Assembly (NCBI GenBank): GCA_013816405.1
Contig: JACDEL010000005.1
Coordinates: 3,210 to 67,209, forward strand
DNA length: 64,000 nt
Origin: Chloroflexota bacterium
GTDB lineage: Bacteria > Chloroflexota > Limnocylindria > QHBO01
Direction: 5' to 3'
Part shown: positions 26,497 to 35,190 of the stretch, piece by piece
How the letters are laid out: each line of letters opens with the position of its first letter
How positions within the stretch are numbered: the first letter of the stretch is position 1
Notes under the pieces: model-generated
Seen by the model: only the letters and a program-made list of their open reading frames with translations
What the model was told of the DNA's origin: nothing
The model's database searches: none
Translations under genes and position numbers: made by a program

Positions 26497-28967
26497 GTCG
26501 AGCTATCCCACCGCTCAAAGCCCATTGCCGCAAGGTGAGCCTGGACGCGCTCCTCCGCTTTGCTCGACCTCTCGTTCAGTTCAGACAAAGGCGTCGCGTA
26601 GCGGGTCGCCAAGTTGCCGACCCGTTTAGCGAGTAGATCCGAAACGTCGGCAACCGCCCCGATAACTTCAGCGCGAAGTTGAGCCATCCACTTCTCTGTG
26701 ATGACAACGTCCTGCACGGCATCCAGGTCGAGTCGCTCGTAGCGCGCCGCAATTGCATCGTTGAGCGCCTTCTGCTTGGCTGCGAGGCTGACCTTTAGGT
26801 CTGCCTGCTTGCCCAAGAGCGCGTCGACTGCCTGCACCACCCTGTGTTCGTCGGGGTCGTACTCGTCGGTGCCCACTGTTGCGGCAACTTCACGGACCTG
26901 GTTGGCCACCAGTCGTTTTGAGAGCTTGCCCTTCGCGTCCATGGCGGCTTCGAGAAGCCCACCTTCGACAGAGTTCTCCTCCACCAACTCGTCGAGCTCG
27001 GCCTCGACCCCGAGCAGTTCAGCTGTGACCTCGTCGAGCTCCGCGCGCTCGGGCGCGAGGAAGCGAGAAACGAGATGGCCAGAAGGCAAGACATCTGATC
27101 TGTACTTCTGTCGGCCAATCACGAAGTCGGCTGCCCCTCCGTTGGTGGCTGTCCGTGGTCTAGCCGCCTCGATCCATCCAATTTGCGAGATCAGATATGC
27201 GTCGTCCTGCATCGTGCTCGACCAGTAGTCCATGAACCGCTGATAGATCTCGTATGCATCCAACAGCGGTGCGTCGGTGAACGCGCTTAGCAGGCTCTCG
27301 CTGAGGTCTTCGAGCAGGGCGCCAGGTCGATCTCCAGGCCCGAACGTGGTCAGGGTAGATCGCCTCGCAGCTTGCCAAACCGCGAACCGCTGGCCCGCCG
27401 CGGCGTCGAACGCCGCGAGGTCGTCGTGGCCAGATACGAACGACGCCGTATCCGACGCGGGCACACAGAGTTCGCTGTACTCGCCCTGACCCACCGATTG
27501 GAACAATTGGTTGCGGAGGCTAGGGAGGGCGTCCCAGTACGGCCCCAACGCGTCGATGTCCTGGTTAGGGATGCCACCCCGAAGATGCGCCTGAATGTCC
27601 TGCACGTCTTCAGGGGCACCGCCTTCGATGTAGCGAGGGAGGTTCAGGTTGTAGCCGTTGCTCTGGATCTCATCGAAGGGGACGTATCTCGAGTATCCAG
27701 CCGTGTTCAGTTGGCGCATAAAGACATCGACGATGCGATGAATGTCCTGGTCGCGCAGGCGGTTCTTGTTGCCGTCCTTCCGAAAGCCTCTCGAGGCGTC
27801 GATCATGAAGATGCCGCGTCTCGTTGCCGCTCCTTCTTTGTCCAGAACCAGGATGCAAGCGGGGATCCCGGTGCCGTAGAAGAGATTGGCGGGCAGGCCA
27901 ATGATCCCCTTGATGAAGCCACGCCGGACGAGCTCCCGCCGGATAACCGCCTCGGCGTTGCCTCGGAAAAGGACGCCGTGCGGCAGGATGACTGTGCCCT
28001 TTCCGGTGCTCTTCAGGCTCGCGATGATGTGCAGAAGAAAGGCATAGTCGCCATTCTTTGCCGGCGGCAGCACGTAGGGCGCAGAGAAGCGGCCGAACTC
28101 GTCATTCGCCGGGTCGAACCCGTTGCGCCAGGCCTTGTTGGAGAACGGCGGATTGGCGACAACGAAGTCGAAGGTCTTGAGGCTGCCATCGCGGTTGCGG
28201 AACTGCGGATTGGCCAGCGTGCTGTAGCCGCCGGGCGTGATCTCCGCCGTTGGTGCGTCGTGCAGGATCATGTTCATCCGCGCCAATGCTGCCGTCGCTA
28301 CGTCCATCTCCTGACCGTAGATGGCCATATCGAAACCGGTGGCGGAGAGCGCCTCGTCATGCGCCTTCAGTAGAAGCGACCCAGATCCGCACGTCGGGTC
28401 ATAGACCGTCTGACCAGCCGAGCGGGCTGTGCCCATGCCGACGACCTTGGCAAGGATGCGCGACACCTCGGCCGGCGTATAGAACTGGCCCTTGCTCTTT
28501 CCTGACTCGGTGGCGAAGTGCCGCATCAGGTACTCATAGGCGTCGCCCAGCAGATCGTCGCCTTCGGCTCGGTTGCTGCGGAAGTCAAGGGCGGGGGTGT
28601 TGAAGATGCCGATCAGGTTGGACAGTCGATCGACCATCTCCTTGCCGCGGCCGAGCTTCTCAGGGTCGTTGAAGTCGGCGACATTGATCACGCCCGTGAG
28701 GTCGTTGGCTTCCGCGAGGCGGTGGATGATCTTGTTGATCTTCTCGCCGATGTCCTTGTCGCCGCGCAATGCCACCATGTCGCTGAAGCTGGCGCCGGCC
28801 GGAACGTCCAGCAGATAGTTCGACTGGCTTGCCGCCTTGTCCGACACGTACTTCACGAACAGCAGCACGAGGACGTAGTCCTTGTACTGCGATGCGTCCA
28901 TGCCGCCACGCAGCTCGTCGCAGGACTTCCACAGCGACGCGTAGAGCTCGGACTTCTTCAGGGCCAC
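26493..28967 (-). CDS. hsdM: Type I R-M N6-adenine methyltransferase subunit, long form (824 aa)
   Basis: The HsdM N-domain is MALKKSELYASLWKSCDELRGGMDASQYKDYVLVLLFVKY. Motif I is YDPTCGSGSLLLKA and motif IV is FVVANPPFSNKAW. There is a ~330-aa helical C-terminal extension. Confidence 0.95.
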   Translation of the reverse strand: MALKKSELYASLWKSCDELRGGMDASQYKDYVLVLLFVKYVSDKAASQSNYLLDVPAGASFSDMVALRGDKDIGEKINKIIHRLAEANDLTGVINVADFNDPEKLGRGKEMVDRLSNLIGIFNTPALDFRSNRAEGDDLLGDAYEYLMRHFATESGKSKGQFYTPAEVSRILAKVVGMGTARSAGQTVYDPTCGSGSLLLKAHDEALSATGFDMAIYGQEMDVATAALARMNMILHDAPTAEITPGGYSTLANPQFRNRDGSLKTFDFVVANPPFSNKAWRNGFDPANDEFGRFSAPYVLPPAKNGDYAFLLHIIASLKSTGKGTVILPHGVLFRGNAEAVIRRELVRRGFIKGIIGLPANLFYGTGIPACILVLDKEGAATRRGIFMIDASRGFRKDGNKNRLRDQDIHRIVDVFMRQLNTAGYSRYVPFDEIQSNGYNLNLPRYIEGGAPEDVQDIQAHLRGGIPNQDIDALGPYWDALPSLRNQLFQSVGQGEYSELCVPASDTASFVSGHDDLAAFDAAAGQRFAVWQAARRSTLTTFGPGDRPGALLEDLSESLLSAFTDAPLLDAYEIYQRFMDYWSSTMQDDAYLISQIGWIEAARPRTATNGGAADFVIGRQKYRSDVLPSGHLVSRFLAPERAELDEVTAELLGVEAELDELVEENSVEGGLLEAAMDAKGKLSKRLVANQVREVAATVGTDEYDPDEHRVVQAVDALLGKQADLKVSLAAKQKALNDAIAARYERLDLDAVQDVVITEKWMAQLRAEVIGAVADVSDLLAKRVGNLATRYATPLSELNERSSKAEERVQAHLAAMGFERWDSST

Positions 28968-29085
28968 CGGCTGACTCCACTCGGATTGATGGGACCAGCA
29001 ACGATCGGCGGCGGGCCCCCGCTGTCAAGAACGTGAGGGTACCGGCCCGGAGTCCTCGTGCGCCAGCGGCCACGCGCTCGGGAGA

Positions 29086-30909
29086 TCACGACTCCGAGGC
29101 TTCGGCTGGCGGCTCGTCATTGCCATCTCCTGGCCCGCTGCTGGCGGCAGCTTCCTGCTCAGCCTTTGCCTTCTCTGCACGCTGCTGGATGACGGCGTAG
29201 CCGAGAGTCAGGAGGGTCAAGACACACAGTGTCGCCGCGTTATGGACGTTGCCCGGATAAGCAAATGCGCCATGCGCGACGTTGTTCCGGATGTTCTGGC
29301 CATAGGGCTCGATGAACACGGCCTCGATGTTTAGAGCCAGATCCTCGCCGAGCGCGCCTCGGACTTCTGGCGCCTCGAGCAAAGCATTCATGCTCACCCA
29401 GCGCGTGCCCTCGTGCGGCGTATAACTCTGAGTCCGGGCTCCGACCTCGCTCGCCAGCACGCGTAGGGCGCGTTCGACCTGCGGAGCGAGGATGTGAAGC
29501 GCTGCCCAGACGTCGCCGGCCTCGTAGCGAACCAGCCCGGGGGCCGCCGCATCGGCTAGCGACTCATCGATGTTGGCCAGCACTGTCGTGAGGTTCGGCG
29601 CCGTCCAGGAGCCACGCTTGCGGAACTCGTCGAGCAGCAACTCAGAGATGCCCGCGGTCATGATCGCCCGTTTGCTGGCCCAGCGGATCTCGCGGGCGCG
29701 GGCGAAGTCCTCGGGGTAGCGAACTCGGTCCGGCTCCGGTTGTACCCGACCATCCGCTTCCAGCTGCGTGTGCGAGAACAGCGACGTGAATGTCCGCGCA
29801 TCCTCAAGGTCGCGGCCTTCGCGGACGAGGCCCCACGACAGCCACAGGCCGAGTTCGAACGGAAGTTGCAGGAAGGCGAGAACGCTGGTCTCTCCCCCGA
29901 GGGCCTTGGCATCGGCGTCGCGTCGAACGTCATCGAGCGAGATAACTGTCGTACCCGTAGCGGTGAAAAGCTCCTCTTCCCTGATCTGCGCGCCTGCCTC
30001 CTCGTAGGCCTTGCGCAGCCGCTGGAGTGAGTCGGCATCACCTGCTTCTCCGTACCGGCTGATCGCCTCGCGCAGCCAGTGCTGGCGCACTAGACCAGTA
30101 TGGTTGTCTGCTTCGGCTTCGCACAGTGCGCCCTCGGCTCTGAGGTGGCCGTTGGCGCTGTCGGTGTCGCTGAGGGTGCGGGCGAGCTTGACGCATGCCT
30201 GCAGCAGCTGCTGCTTACCCAACAGCTCGGGCGAGGCATCGACCGAGGCCGCCAGGTCCTCGCGTAGCTGCCGGCAGGCATCCGGTTCAAGCGACAACAC
30301 ACGGGTTGCGGCCTCAGTGAGACTCAGCACACCCAGCGTGCCATCGCGCTTCGCAAACTCGCGGACCATGCTTTCCACGGCCGCCCGGGTGGGTTCCATC
30401 TGTTGCCGGAGGTTGGTGGCAAGCCATACCGCGCGCAGCATCATGTCAACGGCCGCGACGTACTCCTCAGGCTCATCGAGGTTCGCGGCATGCGCGGCGG
30501 CGATGTAGGGCTCGATCGCGCGCGAACCCTGCGCCCCGTCGCGGAAGCGCAGCCACAGGAAATCGCGGTAGCGCGCTTGGGCGTCGACCCGAGTAGTCCG
30601 ATCGGCACGTCGTTCGGCATAAAGGCGGAACGCCTCGGCGAAGGCGCCAACCTGTGGCGTCCCGTCCGTGCTCGATCCAGGCGGAACGAGGTTGCTTCCG
30701 AACTGCGCAGCGTCCTCTGGCGTGGCAATTTCCAGCTGGCACAGCAGCCCATCCGCGTCGACCAGAGCAGCCCAGTCGTTCGGCTTGCCTTCGCGCCCAA
30801 TCGCTCGGAGCTGCGCGCCGAAGGCACGAAGAACGCCTGTGAACGTGGCTTCTGCCTCACCTGCGCGTCGGACAGCCTCGTCGACTGGCTGATCGATCTG
30901 CTGGTTCAT
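29086..30909 (-). CDS. DUF4209-type protein with a HEPN-like R-x4-H motif, first gene of the R-M block
   Basis: ORF 29086..30993. ATG 30909 (MNQQIDQ) is preceded by GAGAGGAAGGG. The C-terminus is HILAPQVERALRVLASEVG...LGEDLALNIEAVFIEPYGQNIRNNVAHGAF, the DUF4209 signature. Confidence 0.7.
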   Translation of the reverse strand: MNQQIDQPVDEAVRRAGEAEATFTGVLRAFGAQLRAIGREGKPNDWAALVDADGLLCQLEIATPEDAAQFGSNLVPPGSSTDGTPQVGAFAEAFRLYAERRADRTTRVDAQARYRDFLWLRFRDGAQGSRAIEPYIAAAHAANLDEPEEYVAAVDMMLRAVWLATNLRQQMEPTRAAVESMVREFAKRDGTLGVLSLTEAATRVLSLEPDACRQLREDLAASVDASPELLGKQQLLQACVKLARTLSDTDSANGHLRAEGALCEAEADNHTGLVRQHWLREAISRYGEAGDADSLQRLRKAYEEAGAQIREEELFTATGTTVISLDDVRRDADAKALGGETSVLAFLQLPFELGLWLSWGLVREGRDLEDARTFTSLFSHTQLEADGRVQPEPDRVRYPEDFARAREIRWASKRAIMTAGISELLLDEFRKRGSWTAPNLTTVLANIDESLADAAAPGLVRYEAGDVWAALHILAPQVERALRVLASEVGARTQSYTPHEGTRWVSMNALLEAPEVRGALGEDLALNIEAVFIEPYGQNIRNNVAHGAFAYPGNVHNAATLCVLTLLTLGYAVIQQRAEKAKAEQEAAASSGPGDGNDEPPAEASES

Positions 30910-31079
30910 CCCTTCCTCTCCGCGGGGGGCGCTTGTTCGAGCTAGCTCCCGACGCCAAACAACGTCAAGCCAACCCTCCGATTGAAGCGCCACATCGCAG
31001 TATCTATCGCGCTACTACACGTCTACTGTCGCAGTTGGTCGGAAAGTCCCATGGAGAATGCAGTCGGCCCTGGGTGACC

Positions 31080-31457
31080 ATGGCGGCAAAGGGAGGTCTG
31101 TTGCCCATCACCAATGACCCGACCGGCGACTTCTATTGGCAGATACCCGCGACCGAACGTGGCCTGCTCAAGGAGCTGACTGGCGCCGAGGGCGCTCTTC
31201 TCGATGTCGTCGCCGAGCGCGACAAGGCGGAGGTCGCCCGATGGGCTGAGCGAGTCGCCGAGATCTGGGTCGCGCTGGGGGCGGGCCGCCCGGGCTGGAT
31301 GGCTTCGCCGGTCGACGACACCGGCCTCGGTGCGGCGCTGCTGGCCGACCGCGGACCAGAGCTCGCGGTGCAATTCGGCAGCGGCTCGCGACCAACCTCG
31401 AAACGCTCGATCCCCTCGTCCAGCTTGAAGCCGAGTGGTGGTCCGGCCTGGCGCTGA
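31080..31457 (+). CDS. Hypothetical protein, possibly the 5' part of a frameshifted gene continuing in 31463..31771
   Basis: MAAKGGLLPITNDPTGDFYWQIPATERGLLKELTGAEGALLDVVAERDKAEVARWAERVAEIW... The last ~30 codons turn Ser/Pro/Gly-rich. The other frame meanwhile reads RLATNLETLDPLVQLEAEWWSGLALTRVNLRFLERDW, continuous with the next ORF. Confidence 0.35.
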   Translation: MAAKGGLLPITNDPTGDFYWQIPATERGLLKELTGAEGALLDVVAERDKAEVARWAERVAEIWVALGAGRPGWMASPVDDTGLGAALLADRGPELAVQFGSGSRPTSKRSIPSSSLKPSGGPAWR

Positions 31458-31462
31458 CGCGC

Positions 31463-31771
31463 GTGAACCTCCGGTTCCTCGAGCGTGACTGGCGGCCAAT
31501 CGAAGCGTTCCCCAAGTCGGGCAACTACGTCGGGGCAAAGGCGCGCCACAACGTCACTACGCGTCAGCGCATCCTGACCGCACTCGCCAAGCGCGACCGA
31601 GCACGCCTCGAGCGCTCCCTGGCCGCTCTCGCCGAGTCTGCCGACGGCGAGCCGTGGCTCTTGGCCTGGGCGCTTTACCGCGAAGCCAAGAAGCTCCGCA
31701 TCGGAGCGTCGGTCAGTTTGCTGGAGCGTAAGCCGCCCAAGGCTAGCTCTAGTTCCCAATCAGGTTGTTGA
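31463..31771 (+). CDS. Hypothetical protein whose last codons are supplied by the IS481 left end
   Basis: The ORF runs into the IS inverted repeat (...KPPKAS|SSSQSGC*). See the previous entry for the likely frameshift relationship. Confidence 0.35.
   Translation: MNLRFLERDWRPIEAFPKSGNYVGAKARHNVTTRQRILTALAKRDRARLERSLAALAESADGEPWLLAWALYREAKKLRIGASVSLLERKPPKASSSSQSGC
31742..31747. repeat. Target-site duplication GCTAGC (left copy)
   Basis: GCTAGC lies immediately outside the left inverted repeat. An identical hexamer sits at 32787-32792. IS481-family elements duplicate a 6-bp NCTAGN target. Confidence 0.75.
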
Positions 31772-32786
31772 CGGGTTGAGGGCCCGTATCCTTCGGCTGT
31801 TGGCGTCGAAACCAGAGCTGAAGGAGGGGCCCTCGTGCCACATGCTAACGCCTGCCTCACGCCGCGGGGCAGGCAGATCCTGGTCAGCCGCATCGCCGAC
31901 GGCTGGTCGGTGAGCCGAGCGGCGCGTGCCGCCGGCATCAGCCGCCAGAGTGGCTCCAAGTGGTGGAACCGCTACCGGCGCGAGGGCCGCGACGGCCTCG
32001 TCGACCGCCGCAGCGTGGTGCGGCGCCAGGCGCGCGCCCATCCGCCTGAGCTGACTGAACGGCTATGCCGGATGCGACGTGAGCTGCGGGTCGGGCCGCA
32101 CCGCCTGGCGTGGCAGACCGGCCTGAGCCGCTCGACGGTGTATGCCCTCCTGCGCCGCCACGGGCTGGGCCGTCTCGACCGCCTCGAGCCACGGCCCCCT
32201 ATCGTCCGCTACGAGCGTGCCGCGCCCGGCGAGCTGCTGCACCTCGATACCAAGGCGCTGGGCCGCATCCGCCCCGGTGGCGGCCTGCCCAAGCCGCAGC
32301 GGACAGCCGGCTACAGTGCCGGACGAAGGCGAGGCATCGGTTGGAACCGGGTCCACGTGGCGATCGACGACCATTCGCGCATCGCCTATGTCGAGGAGCT
32401 GGCCGACGAGGCGCCAGTCACCACCGCCGCCTTCCTGGAGCGCGCGGTGACCTTCTACGCTGGCCAGGGCATCACCATCCAGCGCGTGCTGTCCGACAAC
32501 GGTGGCTGCTACCGCTCCGGGCTGTTCGCGGCGGCCGCCGAGCGGCTGGGCATCGGCCTGCGCAAGACGCGCCCCTACCGCCCGCAGACCAATGGCAAAG
32601 CCGAGCGCTTCATCCGCACCCTGCTGAGCGAGTGGGCCTATGCCCGGCCCTTCCATGACACCGCGGCACGGGTCGCCAGCCTGCCGGCCTTCGTCGACTT
32701 CTACAATCGGTCCCGACCGCATTGGTCACTCAACGGTCAGCCGCCGATGAGTCGGGCTTCCGTCAACAACCTGAGTGGGAAGAACA
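31748..32786 (+). mobile_element. IS481-family insertion sequence (1039 bp)
   Basis: The terminal inverted repeats are TCTAGTTCCCAATCAGGTTGTTGACGG (31748-31774) and the reverse complement of 32760-32786, TGTTCTTCCCACTCAGGTTGTTGACGG. The inner 15 nt are perfect. It carries a single DDE transposase ORF and is flanked by a GCTAGC duplication. Confidence 0.85.
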
Positions 32787-32791
32787 GCTAG
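31835..32791 (+). CDS. IS481-family DDE transposase
   Basis: An HTH (SVSRAARAAGISRQSGSKWWNRY), then the rve core with LLHLDTK, HVAIDDHSRIAY and PQTNGKAERF. The stop codon (32789-32791) lies in the target duplication just outside the right IR. Confidence 0.9.
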   Translation: MPHANACLTPRGRQILVSRIADGWSVSRAARAAGISRQSGSKWWNRYRREGRDGLVDRRSVVRRQARAHPPELTERLCRMRRELRVGPHRLAWQTGLSRSTVYALLRRHGLGRLDRLEPRPPIVRYERAAPGELLHLDTKALGRIRPGGGLPKPQRTAGYSAGRRRGIGWNRVHVAIDDHSRIAYVEELADEAPVTTAAFLERAVTFYAGQGITIQRVLSDNGGCYRSGLFAAAAERLGIGLRKTRPYRPQTNGKAERFIRTLLSEWAYARPFHDTAARVASLPAFVDFYNRSRPHWSLNGQPPMSRASVNNLSGKNS

Positions 32792-32792
32792 C
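32787..32792. repeat. Target-site duplication GCTAGC (right copy)
   Basis: See 31742-31747. Confidence 0.75.
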
Positions 32793-33018
32793 TGGCGATG
32801 GCGCTCGAAATGAGCGCGTAGGCATAGCCTGCACTTCCACGGACCGGAAGCAATCGTGGCCGAGGTCGGCATGGTCATCCACGCATCCGCCCACCAAGCA
32901 AACCGTCGAGCTGCCCACGTTTGGGGGTTGAGGGTGGCCAGCATCGGCCAGGGCAGGGGTACGGGTAGGCGCGACCGCAGCAGCGATAAGCGCGGTTGAG
33001 GTCGGTTAGGGTGATGGC

Positions 33019-33654
33019 ATGACGCTCGCCCAGCGGATTGTCGAGGCGCTCAAGACCGCGACGCTCGATGACGATCAACTAGCGACCCAGCTGGGCGTCG
33101 TACGCCAGCAGATCAACCAGACGGGGCGGGCCCTCGAGAAGCGGGGGGTCCTGTCGCGCGCCATCGGCCCCAGCGGCAAGATCGTCAACCGTCTCTCCGG
33201 ATCATCGGCGGCACCGTTGCCCGTCGTGGCTCCGCTAGCGCCGAGGCGGTCGCCCCTCGCGAGCGACGCGTTAGCGGAGGATGAGGTCAAGACGGCCATC
33301 CGTGATCGCTTCGAGGCGCAGGGCTTCACAGTAGCGGTCGCCTGGGGCCGCGTGCGGGGTATCGACATCGAAGCTCGACGCGGTGACGAGCGATGGGCCA
33401 TCGAGGCCAAAGGTGAGGCGCCGACGGATCAAATGGGAGGCAACTACTTTCTCAACGCTCTCGGCGAACTACTCCAGCGTATGTCTGATGACCGCGCTCA
33501 TTACGCCATCGCGCTGCCGGAGAACCGTCGCAACCTCGGGCTAGTTGAGCGCTTCCCCGATCTCGCGCGCCGGCGGCTCGGCCTGACCGTCTTCTTCGTG
33601 CGGCGTGAAGAGGCGAGTTACGCGGTCCGCGAGTTGGGGCCGTCAGATGGCTGA
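33019..33654 (+). CDS. Winged-helix + PD-(D/E)XK (Mrr-like) nuclease-fold protein
   Basis: The N-terminal wHTH is AQRIVEALKTATLDDDQLATQLGVVRQQINQTGRALEKRGVLSR. The C-terminus is EDEVKTAIRDRFEAQGFTV...VRGIDIEARRGDERWAIEAKGE, the E ... D ... ExK pattern. Confidence 0.65.
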   Translation: MTLAQRIVEALKTATLDDDQLATQLGVVRQQINQTGRALEKRGVLSRAIGPSGKIVNRLSGSSAAPLPVVAPLAPRRSPLASDALAEDEVKTAIRDRFEAQGFTVAVAWGRVRGIDIEARRGDERWAIEAKGEAPTDQMGGNYFLNALGELLQRMSDDRAHYAIALPENRRNLGLVERFPDLARRRLGLTVFFVRREEASYAVRELGPSDG

Positions 33655-34633
33655 GCTCCTTCTCCACGGCCGCCCGGTTCCCACCGTGTTCGATCTGCTC
33701 GGCCGAAACGAGAACGACATGACGTTCGCCCTGGCTTGGGGCATGGCGCAGAGCAATGGGTTCCTGCGGGATGTCGTGCGGTCAGTCACCGGCGGTGAGC
33801 TTTCGACGGACGATGCGGTCATCAACCTGCAGCGGCACGATGAGTTGGGCGGCTTCACCGATGTCGAGGTCTCGGTGCCAAGCCAGCTCCATCTGATCTT
33901 TGAGGCGAAGCGTGGTTGGAGCCTACCGAGCGACGCGCAGCTTCGCCTGTATGCCAAGCGACTCGATCAGTCGGAGGCTGCGGATCGACTCCTAATCGTC
34001 CTTACCCAGTGGGGCGTGGAGGCGTTCGTGGCCTCTCGCCTCGGGGACTGGGAACTCCCCTATCCTCGTGTCACTCTTGGCTGGGATCGACTCGTGGCGC
34101 TCGCAAAGGGGCGCGCCCGATCAGGTCCGCATGCCGAGCGGCGGCTTCTGCGAGAGCTGACGACCTACTTCGCTAGCGTGGCTGACATGCGGGACATTGA
34201 CAGCAATCAGGCCTACGTCGTGTCGCTATCCAGAGGCTCAATCGAGGGCTGGCCGATGAGCCTGGTTTCAGTCGTCGAAGACCAACGGCGGTATTTCTTC
34301 CCGGTTGGGCGCGGTGGCTGGCCCAAGATCCCGCCGAACTACATGGCCTTTCGCTACGACGGTCGCTTGCAGTCGATCCATCACGTCGATGGCTACGACA
34401 TCGTTACCGACATCGGTGAGCCCTTTCCTGGAGTGCCGCCCGCCGAAGGCGATCCTCATTACCTGCTCACTCTCGGTCCGCCGATCCGCCCTCCGACCGA
34501 GGTCCGAAACGGCCCCTCGATCATGCGGGCGATGCGCACGTGGATCGATATCGACCTCTTGCTAACGTCACCGACTATCACCGACGCGCTGAAGGCGACG
34601 CGCCAGCGCCGATCCGATGCCGATGGTGCCTGA
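33647..34633 (+). CDS. PD-(D/E)XK-like nuclease-fold protein with an unknown C-terminal domain
   Basis: ORF 33605..34633. ATG 33647 (MAELLLHGRPVPTVFDLLG) overlaps the previous stop by 8 nt. GGFTDVEVSVPSQLHLIFEAKRGW gives D ... ExK. The C-terminal part reads YFFPVGRGGWPKIPPNYMAFRYDGRLQSIHHV. Confidence 0.6.
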   Translation: MAELLLHGRPVPTVFDLLGRNENDMTFALAWGMAQSNGFLRDVVRSVTGGELSTDDAVINLQRHDELGGFTDVEVSVPSQLHLIFEAKRGWSLPSDAQLRLYAKRLDQSEAADRLLIVLTQWGVEAFVASRLGDWELPYPRVTLGWDRLVALAKGRARSGPHAERRLLRELTTYFASVADMRDIDSNQAYVVSLSRGSIEGWPMSLVSVVEDQRRYFFPVGRGGWPKIPPNYMAFRYDGRLQSIHHVDGYDIVTDIGEPFPGVPPAEGDPHYLLTLGPPIRPPTEVRNGPSIMRAMRTWIDIDLLLTSPTITDALKATRQRRSDADGA

Positions 34634-35144
34634 GCGGCCGCGCTGGGAGGAGTTGCGCGAGGCCTTTGCCCGCTACTCAGCCGGGCGAGCCGAGCTGCTT
34701 GAGGCATTGGGGATCAAGGGTTCCAACCGGGATCCCCTAGCGGAGTTCAGTGAGCGGATCGTCGCGGCCCTTCTCGACGGCGAGCTAGCCACCAACCGGG
34801 TTCAACGTGGCTGGGATGTCATGGCCGCCGGCCGGCGAGTGCAGGTGAAGTACCTGGCCAACGCGAGCGACGAAGTGTGGGTGAACTAGCATCACGTGCA
34901 GGTCACCGCCGACATGGACGACTACGCCATCGTGTTCTTCGAGGGCCTCCTGCCCGTATCGGTAATTGTCTTCCCGACCGATCGCCTAGAGCCAATTGGC
35001 GCGGCACTCGGCAAGAAGCATCCGAACCAGACCACGACACTCCAGCTGACGAGGGTCAACTACCGTCAGATGATGAGCGAGCGAGACCGCTTCGGCCAGA
35101 TGGGAGTCCGCACCTTCGACCTACGCCCGGTCACCTCTGGTTGA
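34617..35144 (+). pseudogene. Small restriction-endonuclease-like (D...QVK) gene interrupted by an in-frame TAG
   Basis: ORFs 34617..34889 and 34896..35144 are in the same frame, separated only by TAG 34887-34889. The joined read is ...RGWDVMAAGRRVQVKYLANASDEVWVN*HHVQVTADMDDYAIVFFEGLLPVSVIVFP. The start overlaps the previous gene by 17 nt. Confidence 0.55.
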
Positions 35145-35190
35145 CGCGTTGCTGACGGCAGCCGGCCGCCGGCCGGCGTAGGCTGCTGGC

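Noticed and set aside
22097-28603. Plus-strand ORFs inside hsdR/hsdS/hsdM (for example 23051..23812, 25711..26538, 27372..28373)
   Set aside because: They are antisense to unambiguous type I R-M genes. Their translations are Val/Arg/Asp-rich mirror frames without motifs.
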